Shown here piece by piece: positions 7,747 to 17,150 of a DNA stretch of 64,000 bases. Below the pieces are notes generated by a model that made no database searches, was not told the origin of the DNA, and saw nothing but the letters and a program-made list of their open reading frames with translations. The translations under genes and the position numbers were made by a program. The stretch's first letter is position 1. Every line of letters begins with the position of its first letter. Source of the DNA: a virus; IMG/VR virus record IMGVR_UViG_3300027708_000057, positions 1 through 64,000 of that record, one strand, 5' to 3'.

Positions 7747-10700
7747 ATGAAATTATTTGGATTTGAAATAAGTAAAAAGATTGATAAAAGGTCCTCTGAA
7801 AGTGGAGGTCTTGAGATTGATAATACTATTAAGTCATTTGCTATACCGTCGCAAAATGACGGTACTATGTTATTGCCCTCATCATCTGCTGCAGGGTATT
7901 ATGGTCAAATCCTTGATATTGATGGCACCTCCTTTGTTAATGAAAAGGATCTTATTCTTAAATATAGAGCGGCGGCAGGTCAGCCGGAATGTGATACTGC
8001 TATTGCTGATATTACCAATGCTGCAATTATCTCAGACTCAAAGGGAAGCCCAGTCAAGTTAGATCTTGATGTAGTTGATTTACCTCAAAAAGTTAAAGAA
8101 CGAATTTTTGAGGAATTTAATATTATTCTTCAACTACTTGATTTCAATTTTACGGGTTATGATATTTTTCGGAGATGGTATATTGATGGAAAAGTGTATT
8201 TCCATCTACAAATCGATTCATCAAAACCAAAGGACGGAATTAAAGGTATAGTACAAATTGATCCTTTAAAGATCAAGAAAATTAAAGAAATATCTACTAC
8301 TATTGATAGAGTATCTGGCATCAAATCAAATAAGATTACAGCAGAATACTTTTTATATTCCGATGATTTTTCCAGTAGTACAACCGGTGTTAAAATTGAT
8401 CCAAATGCTATTGTATATGTACCTTCAGGGATTCTAGATGAATCTGGGAAAATCTCGATTTCGTATTTACACAAATCCATTAAGTTGGTAAATCAATTGC
8501 AAAAGATGGAAGATTCATTGGTAATCTATCGTGTAGCAAGAGCACCAGAACGCAGAATCTTCTATATCGACGTAGGAAATCTTCCTAAAGGTAAAGCTGA
8601 AGAGTATGTTCAGGGTCTCATGGCGAAATACCGGAATAAATTAGTGTATGACGCTTGCTTGGATATGAATACTTTGATACCTCTTCTTGATGGGCGAACT
8701 TTATCATTAAGAGATATACAAACAGCATTCGAAAATGGTGAGAGATTATGGGCGTATTCATGTGATCCTAATACTGGTAAATTTGTCCCAGGTTTAATTA
8801 CAAGTGCAGGAGTTACTAAATTTAATCAAGATGTTATTAGATTGACTCTTGACAATGGTAAGACTATTACTTGTACTCACGATCATAAATTTCCTGTTTG
8901 GAATAAGGGTAAAGTTGAAGCTAAAGATTTAATTATTGGCGATTCAATGATTCCTTTTTATACACGAGAAGAAAAAATAGTATCTAAACATTCCGGTTAT
9001 CATCAACATTTCGATAATTCTGATAAAAAATGGATATTTACACATAGGGCAGTTTCTATCTGGAAAGATAAAAATTTATTAGATAACGAGTGGGTTTATG
9101 ATACATCTGTAGTAATGGAACAAAAAGGAACTATTCATCATAAGAATTATAATAGATATGATAATTCTCCCGAGAATCTAGTCAAAATGAATAGTAAAGA
9201 TCATTTTAAATATCATAAGCAACATAATGGTCTTGCTGGTAAAATTGGAGGTAAAGTTACAGCCGATAGAATTAGAGCAAAGGGAGATAAATTCTTTCCT
9301 AATTTAGATCCGATTAAAATGCGGCTAATTCATGCTGAGTGTGGAAAAATAGCTGGGCGGTTTGCAGTAGAGAATAAAATAGGAATTCATGGATTATCAC
9401 ATGAAGAAATATGTGATAATGCTAAATTAGGAAGTGATGCTTTATTAGCAAAATTTGCTGATCCTGCTTTTTATGCATCTATATGTGCAATACAAAAGGC
9501 CAGTTGGAATAATAGAGACGATCGTAGATTAGCAGCCGCCGAAAGAGGTAAAACCTTATCTATGGAGCATTTTCAAAATATGAGTGTTCTTGGTAATGGA
9601 TCTCGTTGGGGTTCTAATAAATCCGAAGAAAATAGAAAAGCTCTATCTGAATCACAACAGATAATGTATCCTAAGAATATATCATCAATAATCGAAGATG
9701 CAGTTCGAACAAATAAATCCGTTTCCGATATACTTATCCATATAAATGCTCATATTGATCATAATGAATGGACACATCTGAATGATAAAAAGATTATTAA
9801 ACTTCGTAAATCTATATCACCATTTACACATAAAGACCTTAGGCGTTTATGTAAAACTGCTAGCTTTAATACAATTAAAGAATATAAAGAGGCTCTACTT
9901 TATAAAAATCATAAGATTATTAATATAGAATATCTAGATGAAAAAATTGATGTTGGCACACTTGGTATTGATAAAGATGAAATTTATCATAACTATCACA
10001 CATTTGCTCTAGACGCTGGAATATATACATGCAATTCTACAGGCGACATACGAGATGACAGAAAATCAATGTCAATTTTGGAAGACTTTTTCCTTCCCAG
10101 AAGAGATGGGTGTATTTCTCTTGATACTAAGATTAAAATACTAGATGGCAGAGACACACCTCTAATTGATTTAATTCAAGATTATAATTCAGGTATTCAG
10201 AATTGGGTATATTCAGTATCTCCTGATGGTACTATAGTTCCTGGTAAAATCTCTTGGGCTGGTATAACAAGAAGAAATACTGAAGTTGTTAAAGTTTATC
10301 TCGATAATGGAGAAGTTGTTACAACAACTCCAGATCATAAATTCATTCTTCGTAATGGTGAAAAAGTTGAAGCTAAAGAATTAGTAGTTGGTAGTTCTCT
10401 TGCAACATATAATACTGAAGATACTAATAATCTTCATATAGTTGAAACTATTGAGTTTGTTCCTAATAAGATTGATGTTGGTACTCTTACTATTGATGAA
10501 CATCATGAACATCATGACTATCATAACTTCGCTTTAAGTTCTGGTATATTTGTAATGAATTCCAAAGGTACAGAAATCACCACACTTCCCGGCGGAGAGA
10601 ATCTTTCCGAAATTGCTGATATTAATTTTTTCCAAAAGAAGTTATATCGGTCTCTTAATGTACCATCTGCTCGACTTGAAGCTGATTCATTATTTGTATC

Positions 10701-11235
10701 TGGTCGTTCATCGGAAATTTCAAGAGAGGAAGTAAAGTTTCAAAAGTTTATTTCAAGACTTCGCAAAAAGTTTTCCATAATGTTTTCAGATATGTTGCGA
10801 GTACAGTGTATCCTTAAAGGGATTATCACTTTAAAAGATTGGCCAGCAATTCGAGAATGTATGGGCGTTGACTTTATTGAAGATAATTTTTATTCCGAAC
10901 TTAAAGATTCTGAGATTCTCAGAAATAGATTAGAAGTACTCGAATTGATTCAACCTAGTATAGGAATATATTATTCTAACAAATGGATTCGTTCAAATGT
11001 TCTGAATATGTCTGAGCATGATGTTATTCGTATGCAAGAAGAAATGGATGAAGAGAAAGCAGCTGAAGAAAAAACTCCAACAGAAGAAGAACCTTCCAGC
11101 GAGGAAGAAAAATCTGTTCCAGAAGAAGAACCAGAAGCCGAAGTTCCTGCATCTGAGGAAGAAGAACCATCTCCAGAAGGAGAAGAAGAGAAGCCTGGAA
11201 AAGAATGGTCAATTAATATGAATAAGAGAGCATAA
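7747..11235 (+). CDS. gp20: Portal protein with two inteins (mature protein about 552 aa)
   Basis: RRWYIDG, SYLHK, IYR..RAPERRIFYIDVGNLPK.KAEEY, EDFFLPRR, GTEITTLPGG; acidic C-terminal tail. Confidence 0.97.
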   Translation: MKLFGFEISKKIDKRSSESGGLEIDNTIKSFAIPSQNDGTMLLPSSSAAGYYGQILDIDGTSFVNEKDLILKYRAAAGQPECDTAIADITNAAIISDSKGSPVKLDLDVVDLPQKVKERIFEEFNIILQLLDFNFTGYDIFRRWYIDGKVYFHLQIDSSKPKDGIKGIVQIDPLKIKKIKEISTTIDRVSGIKSNKITAEYFLYSDDFSSSTTGVKIDPNAIVYVPSGILDESGKISISYLHKSIKLVNQLQKMEDSLVIYRVARAPERRIFYIDVGNLPKGKAEEYVQGLMAKYRNKLVYDACLDMNTLIPLLDGRTLSLRDIQTAFENGERLWAYSCDPNTGKFVPGLITSAGVTKFNQDVIRLTLDNGKTITCTHDHKFPVWNKGKVEAKDLIIGDSMIPFYTREEKIVSKHSGYHQHFDNSDKKWIFTHRAVSIWKDKNLLDNEWVYDTSVVMEQKGTIHHKNYNRYDNSPENLVKMNSKDHFKYHKQHNGLAGKIGGKVTADRIRAKGDKFFPNLDPIKMRLIHAECGKIAGRFAVENKIGIHGLSHEEICDNAKLGSDALLAKFADPAFYASICAIQKASWNNRDDRRLAAAERGKTLSMEHFQNMSVLGNGSRWGSNKSEENRKALSESQQIMYPKNISSIIEDAVRTNKSVSDILIHINAHIDHNEWTHLNDKKIIKLRKSISPFTHKDLRRLCKTASFNTIKEYKEALLYKNHKIINIEYLDEKIDVGTLGIDKDEIYHNYHTFALDAGIYTCNSTGDIRDDRKSMSILEDFFLPRRDGCISLDTKIKILDGRDTPLIDLIQDYNSGIQNWVYSVSPDGTIVPGKISWAGITRRNTEVVKVYLDNGEVVTTTPDHKFILRNGEKVEAKELVVGSSLATYNTEDTNNLHIVETIEFVPNKIDVGTLTIDEHHEHHDYHNFALSSGIFVMNSKGTEITTLPGGENLSEIADINFFQKKLYRSLNVPSARLEADSLFVSGRSSEISREEVKFQKFISRLRKKFSIMFSDMLRVQCILKGIITLKDWPAIRECMGVDFIEDNFYSELKDSEILRNRLEVLELIQPSIGIYYSNKWIRSNVLNMSEHDVIRMQEEMDEEKAAEEKTPTEEEPSSEEEKSVPEEEPEAEVPASEEEEPSPEGEEEKPGKEWSINMNKRA
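8656..10035 (+). mobile_element. Portal intein 1 (460 aa) with HNH endonuclease
   Basis: YDA|CLDMNT...CTHDHKF...IHHKNYNRYDNSPENL (HNH)...YTCN|STG. Confidence 0.92.
10111..10560 (+). mobile_element. Portal intein 2 (150-aa mini-intein)
   Basis: RRDG|CISLDT...TTPDHKF...YHNFAL..GIFVMN|SKGTE. Confidence 0.92.
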
Positions 11236-11261
11236 AATTCTAAATTATTTTATTTACAAAC

Positions 11262-11269
11262 TATAAATA
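11262..11269 (+). promoter_or_regulatory. T4-type late promoter
   Basis: TATAAATA. Confidence 0.7.
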
Positions 11270-11274
11270 CAAAT

Positions 11275-11694
11275 ATGATTGAAAACTTTTTAAATAATCT
11301 TGCTTCTGATAATACAGAAAAGACGGATGCATCATTCAATAACCTTATTATGACCAAGGTTAATACTGTTCTTGATATTAGTCGAATCGAGTTGACTTCT
11401 GATATCTTTAATAAGCAAAAGAGTGTGTCTGAATCTGCAGATGATGCTTATAAATGTGCTCTTGCACAAGAACAATCTAATCCACGATTTGTAGAATCTC
11501 AAGATATTATTGCTCAAGGACTTACTCCTACTCAAGCTCAAGCGTTTGATAGTATGATTTCTCAATGGGTTATTACTGGTGGAAATCTTCAACAACTACT
11601 TCGAAATTTCTATCAAAAACTTTTACTTTCCGGTAATAATATATCAAATCCTCGTATGCAAAAGGCTTTGGCATTTGTTCTCGATAAACTATAA
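11275..11694 (+). CDS. Prohead core/internal protein with gp67-like N-terminal module
   Basis: gp67 position after portal; MIENFLNNLASDN...IMTKVNTVLDISRIEL. Confidence 0.6.
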   Translation: MIENFLNNLASDNTEKTDASFNNLIMTKVNTVLDISRIELTSDIFNKQKSVSESADDAYKCALAQEQSNPRFVESQDIIAQGLTPTQAQAFDSMISQWVITGGNLQQLLRNFYQKLLLSGNNISNPRMQKALAFVLDKL

Positions 11695-11700
11695 AATCTT

Positions 11701-12129
11701 ATGATTAAAAAATTCATTAAACTTATATCGGAAGATAATAAATTTGCAAAAGATGCAATGCTTACTAATATTATTATGACTAAAGTCAATACGGCCCTTG
11801 ATATTAAACGGATTGAAATGGCTGTTAGTGTATATAATGAATCGATGGAGGATGATATAGCTTTTGGTAAGCAAGAATTTCTAAAATTAAACCTTAAAGT
11901 GGGAGCTCATACTAATGTAGGCGATTTTATTAAGTCAGATGATGATGCTGCTTATTTTATGAATGGTCCAAATAGGAAAACTATACCATTTGGAGCAAAA
12001 GTTATTGGTGGTAAATCTACTTTTTCTAATATCCGGGTATTAACTGATATAGAATGGGAAGAAAAACAGCAAACTCATACAGATACAATGCAAGCTCATG
12101 TGAATAGAACTCCCAAACGTATTGACTAA
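11701..12129 (+). CDS. Prohead core/internal protein with gp67-like N-terminal module
   Basis: N-terminal about 47 aa paralogous to the upstream ORF (IMTKVNTALDIKRIEM). Confidence 0.6.
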   Translation: MIKKFIKLISEDNKFAKDAMLTNIIMTKVNTALDIKRIEMAVSVYNESMEDDIAFGKQEFLKLNLKVGAHTNVGDFIKSDDDAAYFMNGPNRKTIPFGAKVIGGKSTFSNIRVLTDIEWEEKQQTHTDTMQAHVNRTPKRID

Positions 12130-13112
12130 TGATAAAATCTTTCTTAAATTACATAGCAGATGATAATACTGAATTGAGCAATTCAACTCTTCATAAATTA
12201 ATTAGGAAGAAGGTGAATGAATCTATCTTAGATAAAAAAGTAGAATTATCTGTTGATATTTTAAATGAAAATCCGGTAACTGATAAAGTAAAAATATTAG
12301 GTAAAGCTGGACTATATCCAAAAGATGATGAACTTGATATATTACGCAGTATAAACATTATTTCTAACGGTGGAGACCTTTCAACCATTCAAAGAAAAAA
12401 GGCTTATAATCTTTTACTTAAACTTATTGAAATTGATACAAGTTCAGATCTTTTTATTAAGATAAAACAACATCTAGAAAATGATCAAGTTAAGTTAGGG
12501 GAGAATATAATGAGAAACGAATCTATTGAAAATCCATCCATAGTTGATACTATTGAAAATGATTCAACAAAAAAGAAATCTAGTATAGATGCTATCTTTA
12601 AAAAATTAAGAGGCAAAGATTCTGAATTAACAATGCTTGATTATAACAGATTACATGATTTATTTTATGATGGAGATGGATCTGATAAAAATTGGTCTGA
12701 TACAAAGAAAAAATTAAAGGCTATCCTTGCTGATTATTCTGAAGATGAAGAGATTCCAGATTTAATTCAATCTTTGACTGCTGCTATTAATAAAGGAGCT
12801 AAACTTGTAATATCTCCTGAAAAGGATAATGAAGATAAAATTACTCTTGTAAATAAGCTTGGCAATAAACTTGAGATAATTAAAGAACTTGAAGGTAAAC
12901 TTGAGCCATTAGATTATGAGGATGTGTATAACATATTCTTTAGAAATAAAGCTGATATGGAAGCCGGAAAAGAAATATTGATTAGGTTAATCGCGCAATA
13001 TAAAGAAAATGAAGAGGCTACAACAGTATTAAATAAATTAGCTCCAATGTTAGGAATTAAATCTAAAGAATCTCCGGAAATTGCGCCTGAGGAAGATGAA
13101 GATGAGGAATAA
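12129..13112 (+). CDS. Prohead core/internal protein with gp67-like N-terminal module
   Basis: MIKSFLNYIADDN...IRKKVNESILDKKVEL; acidic tail. Confidence 0.6.
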   Translation: MIKSFLNYIADDNTELSNSTLHKLIRKKVNESILDKKVELSVDILNENPVTDKVKILGKAGLYPKDDELDILRSINIISNGGDLSTIQRKKAYNLLLKLIEIDTSSDLFIKIKQHLENDQVKLGENIMRNESIENPSIVDTIENDSTKKKSSIDAIFKKLRGKDSELTMLDYNRLHDLFYDGDGSDKNWSDTKKKLKAILADYSEDEEIPDLIQSLTAAINKGAKLVISPEKDNEDKITLVNKLGNKLEIIKELEGKLEPLDYEDVYNIFFRNKADMEAGKEILIRLIAQYKENEEATTVLNKLAPMLGIKSKESPEIAPEEDEDEE

Positions 13113-13134
13113 ATGCAGAAAAACATGCTAAAAC

Positions 13135-13184
13135 TATAAATAGAATTGTAATAAGTGCTTGAAAATGAGCACAAAATATAAATA
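13135..13184 (+). promoter_or_regulatory. Two T4-type late promoters
   Basis: TATAAATA at 13135-13142 and 13177-13184. Confidence 0.7.
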
Positions 13185-13189
13185 AACAC

Positions 13190-13852
13190 ATGCTTTTAAT
13201 AACAGAAACTCTTGATTCTACTGTAAACCACATAACCGAAATGAATGGTTCTGGAGGTCAGAATCATTATATCACTGGCTGCTATATGCAGAGTGAGGTT
13301 GAGAATCGTAATAGACGCATTTATCCACGACAGATTCTTGAAAGAGCTGTTACAAAATATATTGATGAATATGTAAGTAAAGGCCGGGCAATTTCTGAGT
13401 TGGCTCATCCGTCTGGGCCTGCTATTAATCTTGATAAAGTATCGCATCGAATTACTGAACTCGCTTGGGTTGGTAATGATGTTATGGGTAAGGCTTTGAT
13501 TCTTAATACTCCCATGGGTCTTATCGTAAAAGGTCTGCTTGATGGTGGTTGTAAGCTTGGTGTATCTTCTCGCGGATTGGGAACGGTTTCTTCTCGTAAT
13601 GGTAAGACTTATGTTAATGATGATTATGCTCTTACAGCAATTGATATTGTTCAAGATCCATCGGCTCCTGCTGCATTTGTTAATGGTATAATGGAAATGA
13701 CAGAATACTTCTATGACACCAATACAGATATTGTGGCAGAAACTTCTGAAAAATATAAGAAGTTCATGAAAAATTTAAGTTCGCCTCAATTGGTTGAACA
13801 ACAGACTAAATTGTTTGCTCAATTTTTAAATGAGATAAACATAAAACTTTAA
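13190..13852 (+). CDS. gp21: Prohead protease
   Basis: NRNRRIYP, ELAHP, GVSSRGLG, DIVQDPSAP.A.V.GIME. Confidence 0.97.
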   Translation: MLLITETLDSTVNHITEMNGSGGQNHYITGCYMQSEVENRNRRIYPRQILERAVTKYIDEYVSKGRAISELAHPSGPAINLDKVSHRITELAWVGNDVMGKALILNTPMGLIVKGLLDGGCKLGVSSRGLGTVSSRNGKTYVNDDYALTAIDIVQDPSAPAAFVNGIMEMTEYFYDTNTDIVAETSEKYKKFMKNLSSPQLVEQQTKLFAQFLNEINIKL

Positions 13853-13980
13853 CTATGGAGACCAACGTTGTTGTGAAGTGAATATTGGTATGGAACTAGT
13901 GAAAATAAACATGAGACTGAAAGCTAAAGAAATTGTTCTTTAATTTCCTCTCCAACTCAAACAAACAAAAGTAATAAAAT

Positions 13981-15372
13981 ATGAAGCATAAAACAAATAT
14001 TGAAGACGAGGATACCATTGAAGATATCTCCGAAAATACATTACTTTCTCTTGATGAGCTTGCAGGAATTGCAAAGGCAATTGCGGAAGCCAAAGGTAAG
14101 AAGAAAGATGATAAAGATAGTGATGAGGAAATAGATGCAAAGCTTGGTCCTAAGGATGAAGCTAAAAAGTCTAAGTCTAAAAAGATTACATCTGACGAAG
14201 ATGAAGATAATTCAGATGATGAAGATGATGAAGATGAAGAAAATTCAGATGATGAAGATGAAGAAAATTCAGATGATGAAGATGATGAAGATGATGAAGA
14301 TGACGAGAATTTAAATGAAGATGAAGAAAATTCAGATGATGAAGAAGAAGCTGAAAAAACTAAACAGTTGAAGCAAACTGGTTTGTTTAGTGATGCTGAT
14401 ATTAAGAAAGTCATTATTACCCTTAAACTAATTAAGGATGAGGAAGAAGTTAGCCAAGAACAAAAAGACTTGGTTGTTTCAGTATTTCTCAAATTAGTTG
14501 GTTTAGTTACTGGTGATGAAGATGTATTCGAAAAGCTTAAAAAAACTATAAAGAGTGCCGAAGAAAATTCAGAAAACAAGAAGTCTAAGAAAGAAGAATC
14601 CATCAAAGTTGATCATTCTGATATCACTCGTCTAGTTGAATCTGAAGAAGGTCTTACAGAAGAATTCAAGGAACGTGCTACTATTATTTTTGAAGCAGCA
14701 GTTCTTTCTAAGGTTTCTGAAATTAGATCTAATCTTGAAGAAGAATATGAAACTCGTTTGAGTGAAGAAACTGAAACTATTAAAGATAATCTCATTGAAA
14801 AGATTGATAATTATCTCACTTATGCAGTTGAGGCTTGGGTAGAAGAAAACAAAGTCGCCATTGAATCAAGTTTGCGTACTGAAATTGCAGAGAACTTCAT
14901 TACTTCTTTAAAATCTGTATTCGTCGAACATTATATTGAAGTGCCTGAAAGTAAGGTTGATCTGTTTGCTAATCTAGAAGCAGAAGTAATCAAGCTTAAA
15001 AAAGATGTACGTGAAGCTGAACGAATTTCTGAATCCTTAGCCGCCGGAGTAATCACTCTGACCCGCGAAAAGATTATGCAGGAATCATTCTCTGATCTTG
15101 CTGATACACAGGTAGAAAAACTAAAGTCACTTGTCGAAGACGTTGAGTTTGTTAATGCATCTTCTTACAAAAAGAAGATTGATACAATTAAGAAATTCTA
15201 TATTACCGGATTAGATAATGACACAGAAACATTGCACGAAGACTACGATGATAATGCATATGTTAGTACTGAAACCATTGTAGAAAATGAAACCATGGAT
15301 GAAGATTACGTATCTCCAATCATGTCAAGATATTTAACCGCTATCTCACGTTCAGCTAAGGCTGCAAGCTAA
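13981..15372 (+). CDS. gp22: Prohead scaffolding protein with long acidic insert
   Basis: LTEEFKERA.IIFEAAV, YL.YAVE.W..EN, LK.VF.EHYIEVP; lies between gp21 and gp23. Confidence 0.93.
   Translation: MKHKTNIEDEDTIEDISENTLLSLDELAGIAKAIAEAKGKKKDDKDSDEEIDAKLGPKDEAKKSKSKKITSDEDEDNSDDEDDEDEENSDDEDEENSDDEDDEDDEDDENLNEDEENSDDEEEAEKTKQLKQTGLFSDADIKKVIITLKLIKDEEEVSQEQKDLVVSVFLKLVGLVTGDEDVFEKLKKTIKSAEENSENKKSKKEESIKVDHSDITRLVESEEGLTEEFKERATIIFEAAVLSKVSEIRSNLEEEYETRLSEETETIKDNLIEKIDNYLTYAVEAWVEENKVAIESSLRTEIAENFITSLKSVFVEHYIEVPESKVDLFANLEAEVIKLKKDVREAERISESLAAGVITLTREKIMQESFSDLADTQVEKLKSLVEDVEFVNASSYKKKIDTIKKFYITGLDNDTETLHEDYDDNAYVSTETIVENETMDEDYVSPIMSRYLTAISRSAKAAS
14194..14349 (+). repeat. Low-complexity D/E-coding tandem repeat
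   Basis: Repeated gatgaagatgaagaaaattcagat units (DEDEENSD). Confidence 0.8.
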
Positions 15373-15430
15373 AGCAACATGAAATAAGGTTCTAACCAAA
15401 ACAACAACAACAACAAAATAGAATAAAAAT

Positions 15431-16846
15431 ATGTTCAACTCAGAACAACTCGAAAAGAAGTGGGCTCCTGTACTAGAAACTCGTGATGCTCCAAAGTTCA
15501 AGGATAACTATCGTCGTGCTATCACTGCGGTTCTCCTAGAAAATCAAGAAAAGGCGATGCATGAAGAAAATTCGGCATCTAATTTCCTCAACGAAAGTAA
15601 TACTATCGGTGGTTCAGCTATCGGTGGTGGTACTGGTGCAGTTAAGACTTGGGACCCTGTCCTTATTAGTCTTGTGCGTCGCGCAATGCCAAACATTGTT
15701 GCGTATGATATTGCTGGCGTTCAGCCAATGACCATGCCTACTGGCTTGATCTTTGCTATGCGTTCTCAATACCAAGATAAAGACGGTGCTAATACAGTTG
15801 AAGCATTGTATAACACTCCTGATACTAGTTTCTCTGGTGATGACCAAGTTGGTGGCCGTCAAGGTCTTACTACTGCTATTGGTGAAACTCTATCTGGCAA
15901 CTCAGCTTCTAATACAACAACATGGGTCGATCCAAATGCTGCTAATGGATATCGTACAGATGGTGGTACTGCTGCAACATATAACCTCGGTCAAACTAAT
16001 GGTGCTAGCGGCGGCGCTGCTGGTGGTTTCGGTCAAATGGGTTTCACTGTCGATAAAACAACTGTTACTGCTAAGACTCGCGCCCTTAAGGCTGAGTACA
16101 CAATGGAATTGGCCCAAGACCTTAAGGCCGTTCACGGTCTTGATGCTGAAGCTGAACTTGCTAACATCCTATCGGTTGAAATCCTTGCAGAAATTAATCG
16201 CGAAGTACTTAGCACTGTTAATGCCAAAGCAAAGCTTGGTGGTATTATCTCCAATGGAACTCCTTCTGGCTACTTCGATATCAATGAAGATGCAGATGGT
16301 CGCTGGGCCGTTGAAAAATTCAAGTCATTAATCTATCAGATTGAGCTTGAAGCTAATGCAGTCGCCAAAGCAACACGTAGAGGGAAAGGTAACATTGTTA
16401 TCTGTTCATCTAATGTAGCCTCAGCACTTGCTGCCGCTGGTGTTATGGACTATGCTCCTGCTATGTCAACCAACTTGAATGTTGATGATACTGGTAATGT
16501 ATTCACAGGTATGATCAATGGTCGTCTCAAGGTGTTCATTGACCCATATGCTGATACTGATTATATCAATGTTGGTTATCGTGGTTCTAATGCATATGAT
16601 GCAGGTATCTTTTACTGCCCATATGTCCCTCTAACCATGGTGCGTGCCGTCAATCCTGAAACCTTTCAACCAAAGATCGGCTTTAAGACACGTTATGGTC
16701 TTGTTGCCAATCCTTTCGCTGGTGGTGCAGCTTCAACTGAAACTGGTGCTAATCGCGCCAACCCTTACTTCCGTATCTTCGGAGTAACTGGTCTTGGTCA
16801 AGGTTCTGATATTCCTACTGGCCGTAGTAACAAATACGGTTACTAA
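15431..16846 (+). CDS. gp23: Major capsid protein
   Basis: KKWAPVL, GVQPMT.PTGLIFAMR, RALKAEYTMELAQDLKAVHGLDAE.EL, YCPYVPL, FQPKIGFKTRYG. Confidence 0.99.
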   Translation: MFNSEQLEKKWAPVLETRDAPKFKDNYRRAITAVLLENQEKAMHEENSASNFLNESNTIGGSAIGGGTGAVKTWDPVLISLVRRAMPNIVAYDIAGVQPMTMPTGLIFAMRSQYQDKDGANTVEALYNTPDTSFSGDDQVGGRQGLTTAIGETLSGNSASNTTTWVDPNAANGYRTDGGTAATYNLGQTNGASGGAAGGFGQMGFTVDKTTVTAKTRALKAEYTMELAQDLKAVHGLDAEAELANILSVEILAEINREVLSTVNAKAKLGGIISNGTPSGYFDINEDADGRWAVEKFKSLIYQIELEANAVAKATRRGKGNIVICSSNVASALAAAGVMDYAPAMSTNLNVDDTGNVFTGMINGRLKVFIDPYADTDYINVGYRGSNAYDAGIFYCPYVPLTMVRAVNPETFQPKIGFKTRYGLVANPFAGGAASTETGANRANPYFRIFGVTGLGQGSDIPTGRSNKYGY

Positions 16847-16898
16847 GCTAATTAGTAACAGATTATATTTCTAAAGTATAATCTGATTACGAAAATTC

Positions 16899-16931
16899 AA
16901 AGGGTCTCCTGTAAAAAGGAGATCCTTTTTT
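16899..16931 (+). terminator. Rho-independent terminator after the major capsid gene
   Basis: aaagggtctcct-gtaaaa-aggagatcc followed by T tract. Confidence 0.85.
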
Positions 16932-17035
16932 GTTTTATAATATCGGAAATTCATATAGGTTAATTCTATGAGGAATTGGAAGATAATCAAGTTTAGATGT
17001 GCAATCAAGAAATTCGTTCCAATATACATGAGCTT

Positions 17036-17068
17036 ATAGTTACAATTTTTAATAAAAATTGTAACTAT
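17036..17068. repeat. 33-bp palindrome sharing its arm with the tnpB element ends
   Basis: atagttacaattttta-a-taaaaattgtaactat; aataaaaattgtaactat also occurs at 34475-34492 and, reversed, at 27723-27740. Confidence 0.85.
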
Positions 17069-17135
17069 TCATATATGATGTTCTTATGTTTTATTCATTA
17101 TAGAGCAAAGAATAATTTAATAAAGACTTATCATA

Positions 17136-17143
17136 TATAAATA
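17136..17143 (+). promoter_or_regulatory. T4-type late promoter of the LRR gene
   Basis: TATAAATA 8 bp before the ATG. Confidence 0.75.
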
Positions 17144-17150
17144 ATACCAT

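Noticed and set aside
13853-13980. Structured ncRNA upstream of gp22
   Set aside because: Only short, imperfect complementarities are visible; cannot be supported without covariation analysis.
13896-14606. 236-aa Ser-rich minus-strand ORF
   Set aside because: Antisense shadow of the D/E-rich repeat in gp22.
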